DNA of 64,000 nucleotides from Eledone cirrhosa (Eukaryota): NCBI GenBank assembly GCA_964016885.1, contig OZ024748.1, positions 40,300,001 to 40,364,000 of the forward strand, read 5' to 3'. Shown piece by piece: positions 1 to 9,105 of this stretch (position 1 is its first letter; each line of letters starts with the position of its first letter). The notes under the pieces were generated by a model. It saw only the letters and a program-made list of their open reading frames with translations, ran no database searches and was not told where the DNA came from. The position numbers and the translations under genes were made by a program.

Positions 1-410
1 TGAGGTCAGACACCTTTCTCTCCGGCCAACAACTGGTCCCCTTTTTCAAATACCATTTTAAAAGAAGGATCAGAATGGAGAGAGAGGTGCTCTACCCCAG
101 CAAGTTTTATGAAAGGTGGGTGAAAGTAGGGAGAATGGCCAGAGTGAATGGGTCTTCTCTCTATATCAGCCTGTAGGTGAAAGAAGAGGAAAAAGAGGAG
201 ACGAGGGAAGCACCTACTCTTTGTGCTCCTGAGGAGAAGGGTTGCACATTTTTTCCGGGGTGTGTGCGACCCATGTTAATGCCCCCTCCCTATTGAAGAC
301 TTCGTTTGTTGTTGTTATTTCATTGTTATATTTTTGTACTTGTTAATTATATGTAAACTTCCCCCTTGTATCTGTCCCTACCTTTTGTGCCCTGGTGGCA
401 AATAAAGAAA
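1..410 (+). mobile_element. Non-LTR retrotransposon (Tx1/L1-like) 3' end: ORF2 C-terminus plus 3' UTR, copy 1, cut by the window start
   Basis: Frame from base 3 reads RSDTFLSGQQLVPFFKYHFKRRIRMEREVLYPSKFYERWVKVGRMARVNGSSLYISL* (TAG 174-176), nearly identical to ORF 2624-2947. The UTR ends ...tgtgccctggtggcaAATAAAgaaa, like copy 2. Confidence 0.7.
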
Positions 411-1455
411 TCACTCTATATATACTATTGTATTTTCACAGTAATCTCACATAACATTTATATTACACTATATATACTATTGTATTTCCACAGTAAAGGC
501 TTCACCTCACATAATATCTCACATAACATTTACATTACTCTATTGTATTTTCACAGTAAAAGCTTTCCCTCACATAATATCTCACATAACATTTACATTA
601 CTCTATATATACTATTGTATTTTCATGGTAAAGGCTTTACCTCACACAATATCTCATATAACATTTACATTACACTATATATACTATTGTATTTTCATAG
701 TAAAGACTTTACCTCACATAATATCTCACATAACGTTTACATTACTCTATATATACTATTGTATTTTCACAGTAAAGGCTTTACCTCACATAATATCTCA
801 CATAACATTTACATTACACTATATTTACTATTGTATTTTCATAGTAAAGGCTTTACCTCACATAATATCTCATATAACATTTACATTACTCTATATATAC
901 TATTGTATTTTCACAGTAAAGGCTTTACCTCACATAATATCTCACATAACATTTACATTACACTATATTTACTATTGTATTTTCATAGTAAAGGCTTTAC
1001 CTCACATAATATCTCACATAACATTTACATTACTCTATATATACTATTGTATTTTCACAGTAAAGGCTTTACCTCACATAATATCTCACATAATATTTAC
1101 ATTACACTATATTTACTATTGTATTTTCATAGTAAAGGCTTTACCTCACATAATATCTCATATAACATTTACATTACTCTATATATACTATTGTATTTTC
1201 ACAGTAAAGGCTTTACCTCACATAATATCTCACATAACATTTACATTACTCTATATATACTATTGTATTTTCACAGTAAAGGCTTTACCTCACATAATAT
1301 CTCACATAACATTTACATTACTCTATATATACTATTGTATTTTCACAGTAAAGGCTTTACCTCACATAATATCTCACATAACATTTAATTACTCTATATA
1401 TACTATTGTATTTTTTACAGTAAAGGCTTTACCTCACATAATATCTCACATAATA
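411..1455. repeat. 72-bp AT-rich minisatellite, about 14 copies
   Basis: Unit ctctatatatactattgtattttcacagtaaaggctttacctcacataatatctcacataacatttacatta recurs every 72 bp (601, 673, 745, 817, 889, 961...). This gives the 24-aa periodicity of ORFs 366-1388 and 625-1467. Confidence 0.97.
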
Positions 1456-1656
1456 CTGAATTTATGAAATTTTGATATTACATACTTTGAGAACAATACC
1501 TTAACATTAGTGGCCCGTTACAACCAGTTTGAACAGAAAGAGGTGAGAGATTTCTGGCCGGCTTCGGCCAGTTTAAATAAATTCAGCTAAAAGGAATTAC
1601 AGAGTCTACACCATTTTTACAAACCAGCTATATAATGGTTGTTTGTATTGTATATA

Positions 1657-1812
1657 GGAGGTGGCAAATTGGCAGAGTCATTAGAATGTAAGGTAGAATA
1701 TTTTACAGTATTTGTTCCAGCTTTCTGAGTTCAAATACCACTGACGTTAACTTTGCCTTTTATCCTTTTGAGGTTGATAAAAAGAAGTACCAGTCTAGTA
1801 CTGGGGTCAGTT
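1657..1812 (+). mobile_element. tRNA-derived SINE, decayed (octopus OK/OR-like)
   Basis: A-box-like tggcagagtcattag, B-box gagttcaaatacc, then aactttgccttttatccttttgaggttgataaaaagaagtaccagt. Homologous to the minus-strand copies at 5795-6113. Confidence 0.8.
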
Positions 1813-1917
1813 CTTCCCCTATGTTTCTTTCTCACTCTCTATCCTTCTCTGGAAGAAATCTGCTGTGTTTAGAACGTCCTGTGGTAGTGCACCAGAGCAC
1901 TATTTACAATAATTTTC

Positions 1918-2010
1918 ATGCCTTTCATCCTTACGGGGTCAATAAAATAAAGTACCAGTAATACACTGGTTAATTACTGGCCTTGTGCCAAAAGTAGAAA
2001 CAATTATTAT
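1918..2010 (+). mobile_element. SINE 3' half with (TTA) tail
   Basis: tgcctttcatccttacggggtcaataaaataaagtaccagt...ggccttgtgccaaaagtagaaacaattattat matches the reverse complement of 5931-6015. Confidence 0.8.
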
Positions 2011-2012
2011 AT

Positions 2013-2212
2013 AATATTTTACAGTATTTGTTCCAGCTTTGGCATTCTGAGTTCAAATGCTGCCGAGGTTAACTTTGGCTTTTATCCTTTTGAGGTCGAT
2101 AAAAAAAAAAGTACCAGTCTCATAATGCGGTCGATTCTTCCTCTATATTTCTTTCTCATTTCTTCTTCTCTCTCACACTCTATCTCCTTCTCTGGAAGAA
2201 ACCAGCTGTGTT
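2013..2212 (+). mobile_element. 5'-truncated SINE plus flank; local duplicate of ~1697-1872
   Basis: aatattttacagtatttgttccagcttt...gagttcaaat...gtaccagtct...ctctggaagaaa.c.gctgtgtt is shared with 1697-1872, including the pyrimidine-rich non-SINE flank. Confidence 0.75.
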
Positions 2213-2584
2213 GAGACATGAAGAGGGATGGCTCCACCAGGTTTAAATTGCCTAAGGTGTTCCATATGTCAAATACTATTCTAACTATTATAAAGTCTTG
2301 TAATTAGTCAAAATAAAACTAGTATTAAACAATATTTCTGAAATATAGATTCTATGAAATATGGGAAACTTGAGTAAAACCTTTCTTTAATAACAATATG
2401 CTATAAAATTTATGACTCTGTTTATTTGTTATTTTTATCTCTCCTGTCTTGGCTACTTTTCTATATCTTAGCAACAATTATACCGTCAATTATATCAGAT
2501 TAATGTTGCCAAAATATTGCAGAAACACAAAAGAGGAAACAAATTTTGATTTATGCCGTTGCATAGATCTATCTATTTATCTAT

Positions 2585-3187
2585 CCGGGCGTCACTGACC
2601 TGTGGGGCTATGTAGAACGACTATTGTCGCGGGTGGGACCAATCCAGTTGACCACCGAGTCCATTGTCATGATCAAACCGCCACCCTCCTTCAAAAACGA
2701 AGGAGAGGCGGTTTTCCTTTGTGTGATAGCTATGGCGAAAGAGGTTGTATGGTGGACAAGGTTGAAAGGGCTGAGGTCAGACATCTTTCTCTCCGGCCAC
2801 CAACTGATTCTTTTTTTCAAATACCACTTTCGAAGAAGAATCAGGATGGAGAGAGAGGTGCTGTACCCCAGCAAGTTTTATGAAAGGTGGGTGAAAGTGG
2901 CGAGAATGGCCCGAGTGAATGGGCCTTCTCTCTATATCAGCCTGTAGGTTGAGGAAAAGGAGGAGGAGAGGAAAGGAGTACAAGCTCTTCGTACTCCTGG
3001 AGATGAGGGTTGCACATTTTTTTTCGGGGGTATGTGTTACCCATATAAACTGTCTCCCTCTATTGGGGAAAATCGACTAACTTTTAAATTCCATCTGTGA
3101 TAACATTTTACACGTTTTTATTGTATGTAAACTTCCCCCTTTGTATTTGTCCCCTTCTTTTGTGCCCCTGTGGCTAATAAAGAAATA
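2585..3187 (+). mobile_element. 5'-truncated non-LTR retrotransposon (Tx1/L1-like), copy 2
   Basis: ORF 2624-2947 carries AKEVVWWTR...YERW, resembling the AK..IW..RN...F...W C-terminal tail of Tx1/L1 ORF2 proteins. The 3' UTR ends gctAATAAAgaaata. Possible TSD tatctatttat at 2570-2580 and 3188-3198. Confidence 0.7.
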
Positions 3188-3264
3188 TATCTATTTATAC
3201 TTTATATATTTGTATATATATATATATACAAATATAAATATAGAGATATATCGATGTATGTATG

Positions 3265-3295
<31 letters not shown>

Positions 3296-3334
3296 ATGTA
3301 GATATAGATATGTATGTATAGATATGTATGTATG

Positions 3335-3371
<37 letters not shown>
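3188..3371. repeat. Compound (TA)n/(TG)n/(TATG)n microsatellite
   Basis: Direct reading. Confidence 0.95.
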
Positions 3372-3373
<2 letters not shown>

Positions 3374-3980
3374 TGGCTGCCAACTCGTTTTCGAGTACGG
3401 CCACTACTTTATATCCATGTAGGAGAACCCCTACCGATGCGCTGAACGAGTGTGACTTTTTAGTCCAGCCAGCGACTTGAAAACTCTGGTACAAACACTA
3501 CACTTGTGACAATTATTGACACATAGTGCTGGGCCCATGGTACCATGTGACAACAAGTGCAGAGAGATCTCCAGATATAAAGCAATGCCTGTGCCGTGAA
3601 GCTTTTATAGTGAGCAAAGGCACTGCACAAAGCCAGTCCCACTCTCTTAACCAAGATGATATTTACCAAAAAGAAGAACAAGTCAACATCATTGGATACC
3701 ATCAAGGGTTGCAGGTGTTATATCAGAGTTTTCCTTCTCCTAGAATTCTGCCTTGACAAAGGCTAAGGGGTCATCTCTCCCGGTGATTTTGGATGGCCAT
3801 TGACTCTTAAGAGCTCCTTTGCCCTTTGACAGGTTTTGTTTTTAGTCCTGCAGGATGTCCAAAGTCACCCTCCTCACCAAGAAACCTTGGTGGGGTTGCC
3901 AGTTTAGTCGCCAACGACCCGACCATGAGACAGGTTGTACTGGGATACATGTTACCAGTAGCACCAGCTGGTGACCTGAC
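3372..3980 (-). mobile_element. Probable RTE-type retroelement 5' leader or non-autonomous derivative between TA tracts
   Basis: GC-richer island bounded by (TA)n on both sides. The minus strand carries ctaggagaaggaaaactctga, a motif I recall from RTE 5' UTRs and related SINEs, and a structured 5' end. Confidence 0.45.
3899..3976 (-). ncRNA. Candidate degenerate HDV-like self-cleaving ribozyme
   Basis: Manual fold of the minus strand: P1 GGUCAC/AUGGUC (imperfect), P2 CCAGU/ACUGG, P3 ACA/UCU (1 mismatch), L3 ACCUG with CC for P1.1 GG, P4 UCG-uugg-CGA, J4/2 CUAA. It lies at the extreme 5' end of the element. Confidence 0.35.
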
Positions 3981-4070
3981 ATAAATATATATATACATAC
4001 ATATATATATATACATACATACATACACACGTATATATACACTGCTATGCTGAGTATACATGTATACACA
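3981..4070. repeat. (TA)n/(TACA)n microsatellite
   Basis: Direct reading. Confidence 0.9.
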
Positions 4071-4149
4071 TGATTATGGCACAAATTAAATAAACATTCA
4101 TAAACTAATGAATAAAAACATTAAATAAAATTAAAAAAAAAAGAATATA

Positions 4150-4272
4150 TTCTTTTTCCTTTCATTCACCTCTCCCTTCTTTTCTTTCATTCTCCTTTCA
4201 TTCTCCTTCCATTCTCCTTTCCTTTCATTCTCCTTTCCTTTCTTTCCTTTCATTCTCCTCTCCTTTCATCCA
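4150..4272. repeat. Pyrimidine-rich low-complexity repeat (ttctcctttca-like units)
   Basis: Repeated cattctccttt/ttcct motifs. Confidence 0.85.
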
Positions 4273-4539
4273 TGAGATAACTGAGGTATTATTTACCCCA
4301 TTAAAGGACTAATACTATGTCATTCCTATATTTATCTCCCGTCACCAATTGAAACCTAAACTTCCTCTCTAAAACCTTCTCACACGTTTTAATCCTCGTG
4401 ACGACAACAACTGTATTTTATTAGTTTCAAACATTTCTTTTCAATAGCAACATGATCATAAATCTTCTATATAATTACTGTTTGTTTACTATATATATAT
4501 AATATAATATATAAAAATATATATACAGAGAGAGAGAGA

Positions 4540-4644
4540 CAGGCTGTCTCCCCCCACAAAATGTATACACACTTCAACAGCATTCTAATAAATATTACCT
4601 GCACAGGTAATCAAAGTGTGTATACATTTTTTAGGGACACCCTT
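4540..4644. mobile_element. Miniature Tc1/mariner-type MITE
   Basis: Perfect 17-bp inverted repeat aaaatgtatacacactt (4558-4574) / aagtgtgtatacatttt (4614-4630), extended by caggctgtc / gacaccct termini (CAGGGTGT-type) and a TA at the right flank. Inner palindrome attacctg-ca-caggtaat. Confidence 0.65.
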
Positions 4645-4709
4645 TATATATCAATGATATAAATACTGTTTCCAGCCAACAAAATATCAGATATGTTTCG
4701 TTGTTAGCC

Positions 4710-4799
4710 ATGGATTCTCCCCAAATTCTCAAGAAACCTACGTTGTATGCAGTTGTGATTGTTGTTATAAGTTTAGCCACCAGTAACGAGGCTGTCAGA
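4710..4799 (+). CDS. Candidate first coding exon of a secreted protein (signal peptide); exon 4676-4799
   Basis: Acceptor actgtttccAG|4676, Kozak gccATGg at 4710, 30 codons MDSPQILKKPTLYAVVIVVISLATSNEAVR (basic n-region, hydrophobic core, small-residue c-region), phase-0 donor aga|GTAAGT at 4800. Lies in non-repetitive DNA. Confidence 0.55.
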
Positions 4800-4885
4800 G
4801 TAAGTAATGAGATTGTTTTAATTAACTTCATTACTAGAGTGTTATTACATCAGTAAGGGGTTACACGGGAAAATGATACTCTCAC

Positions 4886-5283
4886 AGAGAGAGGGAGAGA
4901 TAGACACACAGACACAGGCACACACACAGACAGACACTCAGACACACACAGACATACAGACAGACACTCAGACACACACAGACACACACAGACAGACATT
5001 CAGATACACACACACACACACATACAGATACACACAGACACACAGACACACAGGCACACACACAGACACACACAGACACACACACACAGACACACACAGA
5101 CACACACACACACACACACATAGACAGACACAGACAGACACATAGACACACACACAGACTCACACACACAGACACACAGACACACAGACACAGACACACA
5201 CAGACACACACACAGACACAGACACACACAGACACACACACAGACACACACAGACACACACACACACACAGACACACACACAG

Positions 5284-5315
<32 letters not shown>

Positions 5316-5491
5316 AGACACACACAGACACACACAGATACACACAGACACACACAAACTCACACACACAGACACACAGGCACACACACAGACAGACCCA
5401 CACACCAACACACACACAAACTCATACACACAGGCACACACACAGGCACACACACACAGACACACAGACTCACACACACACACACACACAT
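4886..5491. repeat. Long compound (CA)n/(CAGA)n microsatellite
   Basis: Direct reading. Source of the CVCV/THTH ORFs. Confidence 0.97.
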
Positions 5492-5498
5492 ATATGTA

Positions 5499-5794
5499 GC
5501 ATCATCATCGTTTATATGTTCATTGTTGCATGGGTTGGACAGGTCGTTCTCAGCCCAGCATCTCTCCACTCATCACGTTCCTCCATCATTTCCTCTGTGA
5601 GTCTCACTGATTTAAGATCAGCTCCCACCACCTCTGCCCAGGTCTTCCTTAGTCTACCTCTACTGCAGCTACCCTCCACTTGCGTCTGATAGCACCCTTT
5701 TACCCAGCAACTATCATCTGTACACATCACATGTCGATACCAGCGCAGTCTTCTCTCCTGCACACCACTTCAGATTCCTCTTAAACCCATTTTC
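5499..5794 (-). mobile_element. RTE LINE 3' end fragment
   Basis: ORF 5512-5763 QERRLRWYRHVM...GRLRKTW...RDEWR is the typical RTE C-terminus (RLRWxGH...GRPxxxW...DRxxWR). It ends in a (GAT)n tail. Confidence 0.9.
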
Positions 5795-5917
5795 TCCCTG
5801 TAAGGATGAAAAGCAAAGTTAACCTCGGTGGGATTTGAACTCAGACCGTAAAGGGCCGTAACTCTATGCTGCAAACCATGGTGTCTGACGCTCTACCGAT
5901 TACTGCCAATCCAACTG
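5795..5917 (-). mobile_element. tRNA-derived SINE, 5' part
   Basis: The minus strand has a tggcagtaatcggtagagc A-box and a gagttcaaatccc B-box. Tandem paralogue of 5995-6113. Confidence 0.85.
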
Positions 5918-6113
5918 TAATAATAATAATTGTTTCTACTATTGGCACAAGGCCAGCAATTATCCCAGTACATTACTGGTACTTTATTTTATCAACCCCG
6001 TAAGGATGATAGGCAAAGTTAATCTCGGTGGGATTTGAGCTCAGACCATAAAGGGCCGTAACTCTGCAAAGCATGGCGTCCGACCCTCTACCGATACTAC
6101 CAATCCACCGCCC
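5918..6113 (-). mobile_element. Full-length tRNA-derived SINE with (TTA)n tail
   Basis: Minus strand gggcggtggattggtagtatcggtagagg...ctgagctcaaatcccaccgagattaactttgcc...gtaccagt...ggccttgtgccaatagtagaaacaattattatta. Confidence 0.85.
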
Positions 6114-6114
6114 T

Positions 6115-6153
<39 letters not shown>

Positions 6154-6155
6154 TA

Positions 6156-6241
6156 GACGAGGTGTCAAGTTGTCATTATGTTTATTGAGGTGTGACACAC
6201 ATCACACCTCAATAAATGTAATGACAATTTGACACCTCGTC
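6156..6241. mobile_element. Hairpin MITE-like element with 40-bp inverted arms
   Basis: gacgaggtgtcaagttgtcattatgtttattgaggtgtga-(cacaca)-tcacacctcaataaatgtaatgacaatttgacacctcgtc, 37/40 complementary. The ACGAGG terminus is mariner-like. Confidence 0.65.
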
Positions 6242-6280
6242 CAGCCGCAGTATAGCAGGTACACACATACACACACACCA

Positions 6281-6336
<56 letters not shown>

Positions 6337-6341
<5 letters not shown>

Positions 6342-6446
6342 GAAGGAAGTGTGGTAAGGAACCAGGTGGACCATAACGCACCAGAGTACTCAATACTTTG
6401 GATAGTAGAGTGGGTAATAGGAAAATGTTCAGGACCTGAACATTTT

Positions 6447-6451
<5 letters not shown>
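6337..6451. repeat. Short interspersed fragment between (TA)n tracts ending in a 17-bp perfect palindrome
   Basis: ataggaaaatgttcagg-a-cctgaacattttcctat (6417-6451), flanked by (TA)n at 6282-6336 and 6450-6478. Confidence 0.6.
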
Positions 6452-6478
<27 letters not shown>

Positions 6479-6481
<3 letters not shown>

Positions 6482-6631
6482 TCATCATCATCATTGTTTA
6501 ACGTCCATCTTCCACGCTAGTATGGGTCTGGACGGGAATTGTCCCACTTGAGGCAAGATTGGTTGTCTTGCCCGGGACTGTCTGGCGGGTTTTCTACGGC
6601 TGGATGCTCTTCCTAACACCAACCACGTTTA
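6479..6631 (-). mobile_element. RTE LINE 3' UTR fragment with (GAT)n tail
   Basis: catcatcat..gtttaacgtccatcttccacgctag...ctggatgctcttcctaacaccaacc is shared with 7676-7865 and 10257-10315. Confidence 0.8.
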
Positions 6632-6649
6632 CATATATATATATAAATT

Positions 6650-7047
6650 TTATAAAATGCACACAATGCAGATCCTGGGTACACAAGAGATGTAGTGGGA
6701 TAGCAGGCAAACTAACAGGTAGGGAAAACTACGTATGCAGTAGATGCCCAGGGAAGTTTGACAGTAGAAGTCACATTGATAGACACATTTTTTTAAATGC
6801 AGGTAGGTTCTATAGAGGTGGTTGATAGCTTCCGGTACCTAAGTGATCAGATTAGCATGGGAGGGGGGTGTTCCGAGGCCATAGTATCTAGAATAAGGAT
6901 GGGTATGGAAGAAGTTTAGGGAGCTGCTTCCTCTGCTGACGAAGAAGGGTTTCTCCCTGCATGCAAAAGGCCGGTTATATGATGCCTGTGTGAGATGCGC
7001 GATGCTGCATGGTAGTGAGACATGGACAGCAACTGCAGAAGATATGC
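6650..7047 (+). pseudogene. RTE LINE ORF fragment (PHD-like Cys/His finger and end of RT region), frameshifted
   Basis: IKCTQCRSWVHKRCSGIAGKL...VCSRC, then ...GWKKFRELLPLL...LHGSETW in other frames. Paralogous to 8368-8855. Confidence 0.88.
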
Positions 7048-7659
7048 CTTCGTCACTGTCCCCCGACTTAGGCCCCTAAAGGCACTTGTGATCCTGGCCT
7101 TCAGATCGTCTTTTGTATTGCAGCTAGATCTGTTGGTGTCTCATTCCACTGCACCCCGCACAAAGAAGTCGAGGGGGTTGCAGTCAGGCGAGCTGGGAGG
7201 CCAGATGTCAGGTGAAGTGTGGTCGACGAAGTTCTCTGACAGCCAGGCTTGGGTCATTCGGCTGGTATGGCAGGGCGTTGAGTCTTGCTGCCTCACGTAC
7301 GGCCTACCTGCAACTACCTGGTCGTGGATGTAGCCATCGGTGTTCAGCTTGAGGCCCTCAGGGAAGAAGTAAGGTGACATCATGCCACCTTGACTGCTGA
7401 CGACACCTAAGACCAATGTTGTTGCTGGAAATTTTGTCTGCATGACTCTGGGCACGTCTTTGGATGAGATAGCGAGCCACCTGTTGTTATGGGATTCCAC
7501 AAATTTGGAGGTTCAAAATTATTCATAATCAATTATTCTGAAAATAAATAATGGAAATATAGTCACTGTTTCTATGAAGACAAGAGTGACAACGGAAGTA
7601 AAAAAAATTTGCATAAAATTAACAGTTGAAAATTGCGAACAAATATCGTCCACACCCTG
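7048..7659 (-). mobile_element. Internally deleted Tc1/mariner-superfamily transposon, DD37D (maT/Bmmar1-like)
   Basis: ORF 7141-7500 has QQDSTPCH...WPPSSPDCNPLD, with 37 residues between the 2nd and 3rd catalytic D. Terminus CAGGGTGTGGACG on the minus strand at 7659 abuts TA. The N-terminal half of the transposase and the second TIR are missing. Confidence 0.9.
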
Positions 7660-7674
7660 TATATATATATATAT

Positions 7675-7675
<1 letters not shown>

Positions 7676-7708
<33 letters not shown>

Positions 7709-8855
7709 CCGTTTTACGTCCGTTCTTCCACGCTAGCATGGGTTAGACGGGTTGTCCTGTTGTGGGCAGTGTCCGGTCGGCTGACCTTGTCTTGCTCATA
7801 CGTGAACTGATTCTGGCTTGATTTCAACAACTGGATGCCCTTCCTAACACCAACCTCATTTACAGTGAGTGCTGGGTGCTTTTTTCTGTGGTGCCTACAC
7901 TTCCACTTTACAGTGTGGGCTGGGTGCTTTTTTGCCGTGGCACCTCCATGACCACTTTGCAGTGGGAGGTTGTGGGGGCATATTGATTCAGCTTCGGCTT
8001 GTACACGTGGGGAGTCGAATCTTCTGTATTACTGTGTGACGACAGAGGTCACGGTCATGTGTCATCGTCTTTAAGAGGTGTAATTGGGTAAGGTCGGCTT
8101 TTATCACCTCATCCCAGGTCTTCTTGGGTCTTCCCACTCCGCGGTTTCCATCGACTTCTAGTGCTCTGCACCTTTTTATGCAGCTGTCATCCTTCATACG
8201 CATCACATGTCTATACCAATGCAACCGCCTCTCCTGCACACAGCATTTGATTCCTCTTATGCTCAGTCTCTCCCTCAATTCATTTATGCTTTGCCGTTCG
8301 CGTATATTACTATTACACATCCATCGGAGCATGCAGGCTTCGTTTCTTTCTAATCTACGCAAGTCTTCTACAGACAGCGCCAGGTCTCACTACCATGTAA
8401 CATTGCTGTTCGGATACATGCATCATACAGTCTGCCTTTCATTCTGAGGGAGAAGCCTTTTGCAGCTAGCAGTGGCAGTAGTTCCCTGAACTTCTTCCAT
8501 CCCGTTCTTACCCTAGTTATTGTACTTTCCAAACACCCACCTCCGCTGCTAATTTGGTCACCTAGGTAGCAGAAGCTGTCTACTGTTTCTACAGAGCTCT
8601 CCCAGAGATTGGTGGTACTTGTATCCTGTGGCTGTTTGCTGCTTGCTGTCCCAGCACAGCTGCTACATGTGAAGCCTACATTCTTAGTTAAGCTTCCTGA
8701 GATCCCACTACATCTCTTGTGCACCCATTGTTTGCATTTGGGGCAGAGAATGGAGTTCCTACCTACACCTTTCCTACATACTGAGCAAGGCCATTTCCCT
8801 GAGGGGATCTGGGTTCTGTTTTCTCATCTACTTACAAGGACCTTAGTCTTTGTCT
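7676..8855 (-). mobile_element. 5'-truncated RTE LINE with PHD-like finger, C-terminus, 3' UTR and (GAT)n tail
   Basis: KTKVL...WPCSVCRKGVGRNSILCPKCKQWVHKRCSG...CSSC...FCYLG...LHGSETW, frameshift near 8365, then RRLHWYRHVMR...GRPKKTW...DRDLCR. The 3' UTR has a duplicated aaaaaagcacccag...ctgtaaa motif. Tail 7676-7708. Confidence 0.93.
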
Positions 8856-9009
8856 GAAAAAAGGAAAAGAATGTCTTCACTTGTAGTGTTAAAAAATTTT
8901 GATTTAATTTTATAATATTATAATATTATGAGCTCATAATATTATATTATAAAATTAAATCAAAAATTTGTTAACGCTACAAGTGAAGTCATTCTTTTAC
9001 TTTTTTTCA
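8855..9009. repeat. ~155-bp spacerless AT-rich palindrome
   Basis: Centred on gagctc (8930-8935). Arms ...cttcacttgtagtgttaa...ttttgatttaattttataata / tattataaaattaaatcaaaa...ttaacgctacaagtgaag... Confidence 0.9.
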
Positions 9010-9105
9010 AATATACCTAACTGTACCAAGGATTTCACACATTTTCCAATATAAATATATATATAAATGTATATATATATATATATATATATAAATATAT
9101 ATATA

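Noticed and set aside
366-1467. 340-aa and 280-aa ORFs
   Set aside because: Read-through of a 72-bp (3n) minisatellite in two frames.
1554-1571. GC hairpin ctggccg-gctt-cggccag followed by T's as a terminator
   Set aside because: Rho-independent terminators do not apply in this eukaryotic context. Likely a repeat remnant.
2425-2565. Polypyrimidine tract + ttAG at ~2470 as another exon
   Set aside because: No convincing donor before the LINE insertion. It could be a UTR exon but is unsupported.
3862-3960. Twister ribozyme (GGAGGG and ggcaacccc motifs, minus strand)
   Set aside because: The P4 loop element is not in an order compatible with any circular permutation.
4275-4360. Hammerhead ribozyme (ctgagg...gaaac)
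   Set aside because: The core is not CUGAnGA and I could not form the flanking stems.
4631-4831. Minus-strand 66-aa ORF with hydrophobic N-terminus (MKLIKTISLLTL...)
   Set aside because: It is antisense to the better supported + strand exon (Kozak, acceptor, donor, phase match) and its end runs into a MITE. Not fully excluded.
4873-5569. CVCV/THTH ORFs
   Set aside because: Translations of a CA-type microsatellite.
5795-6113. tRNA genes
   Set aside because: A/B boxes are present but there is no cloverleaf, and they continue into SINE body and tail.
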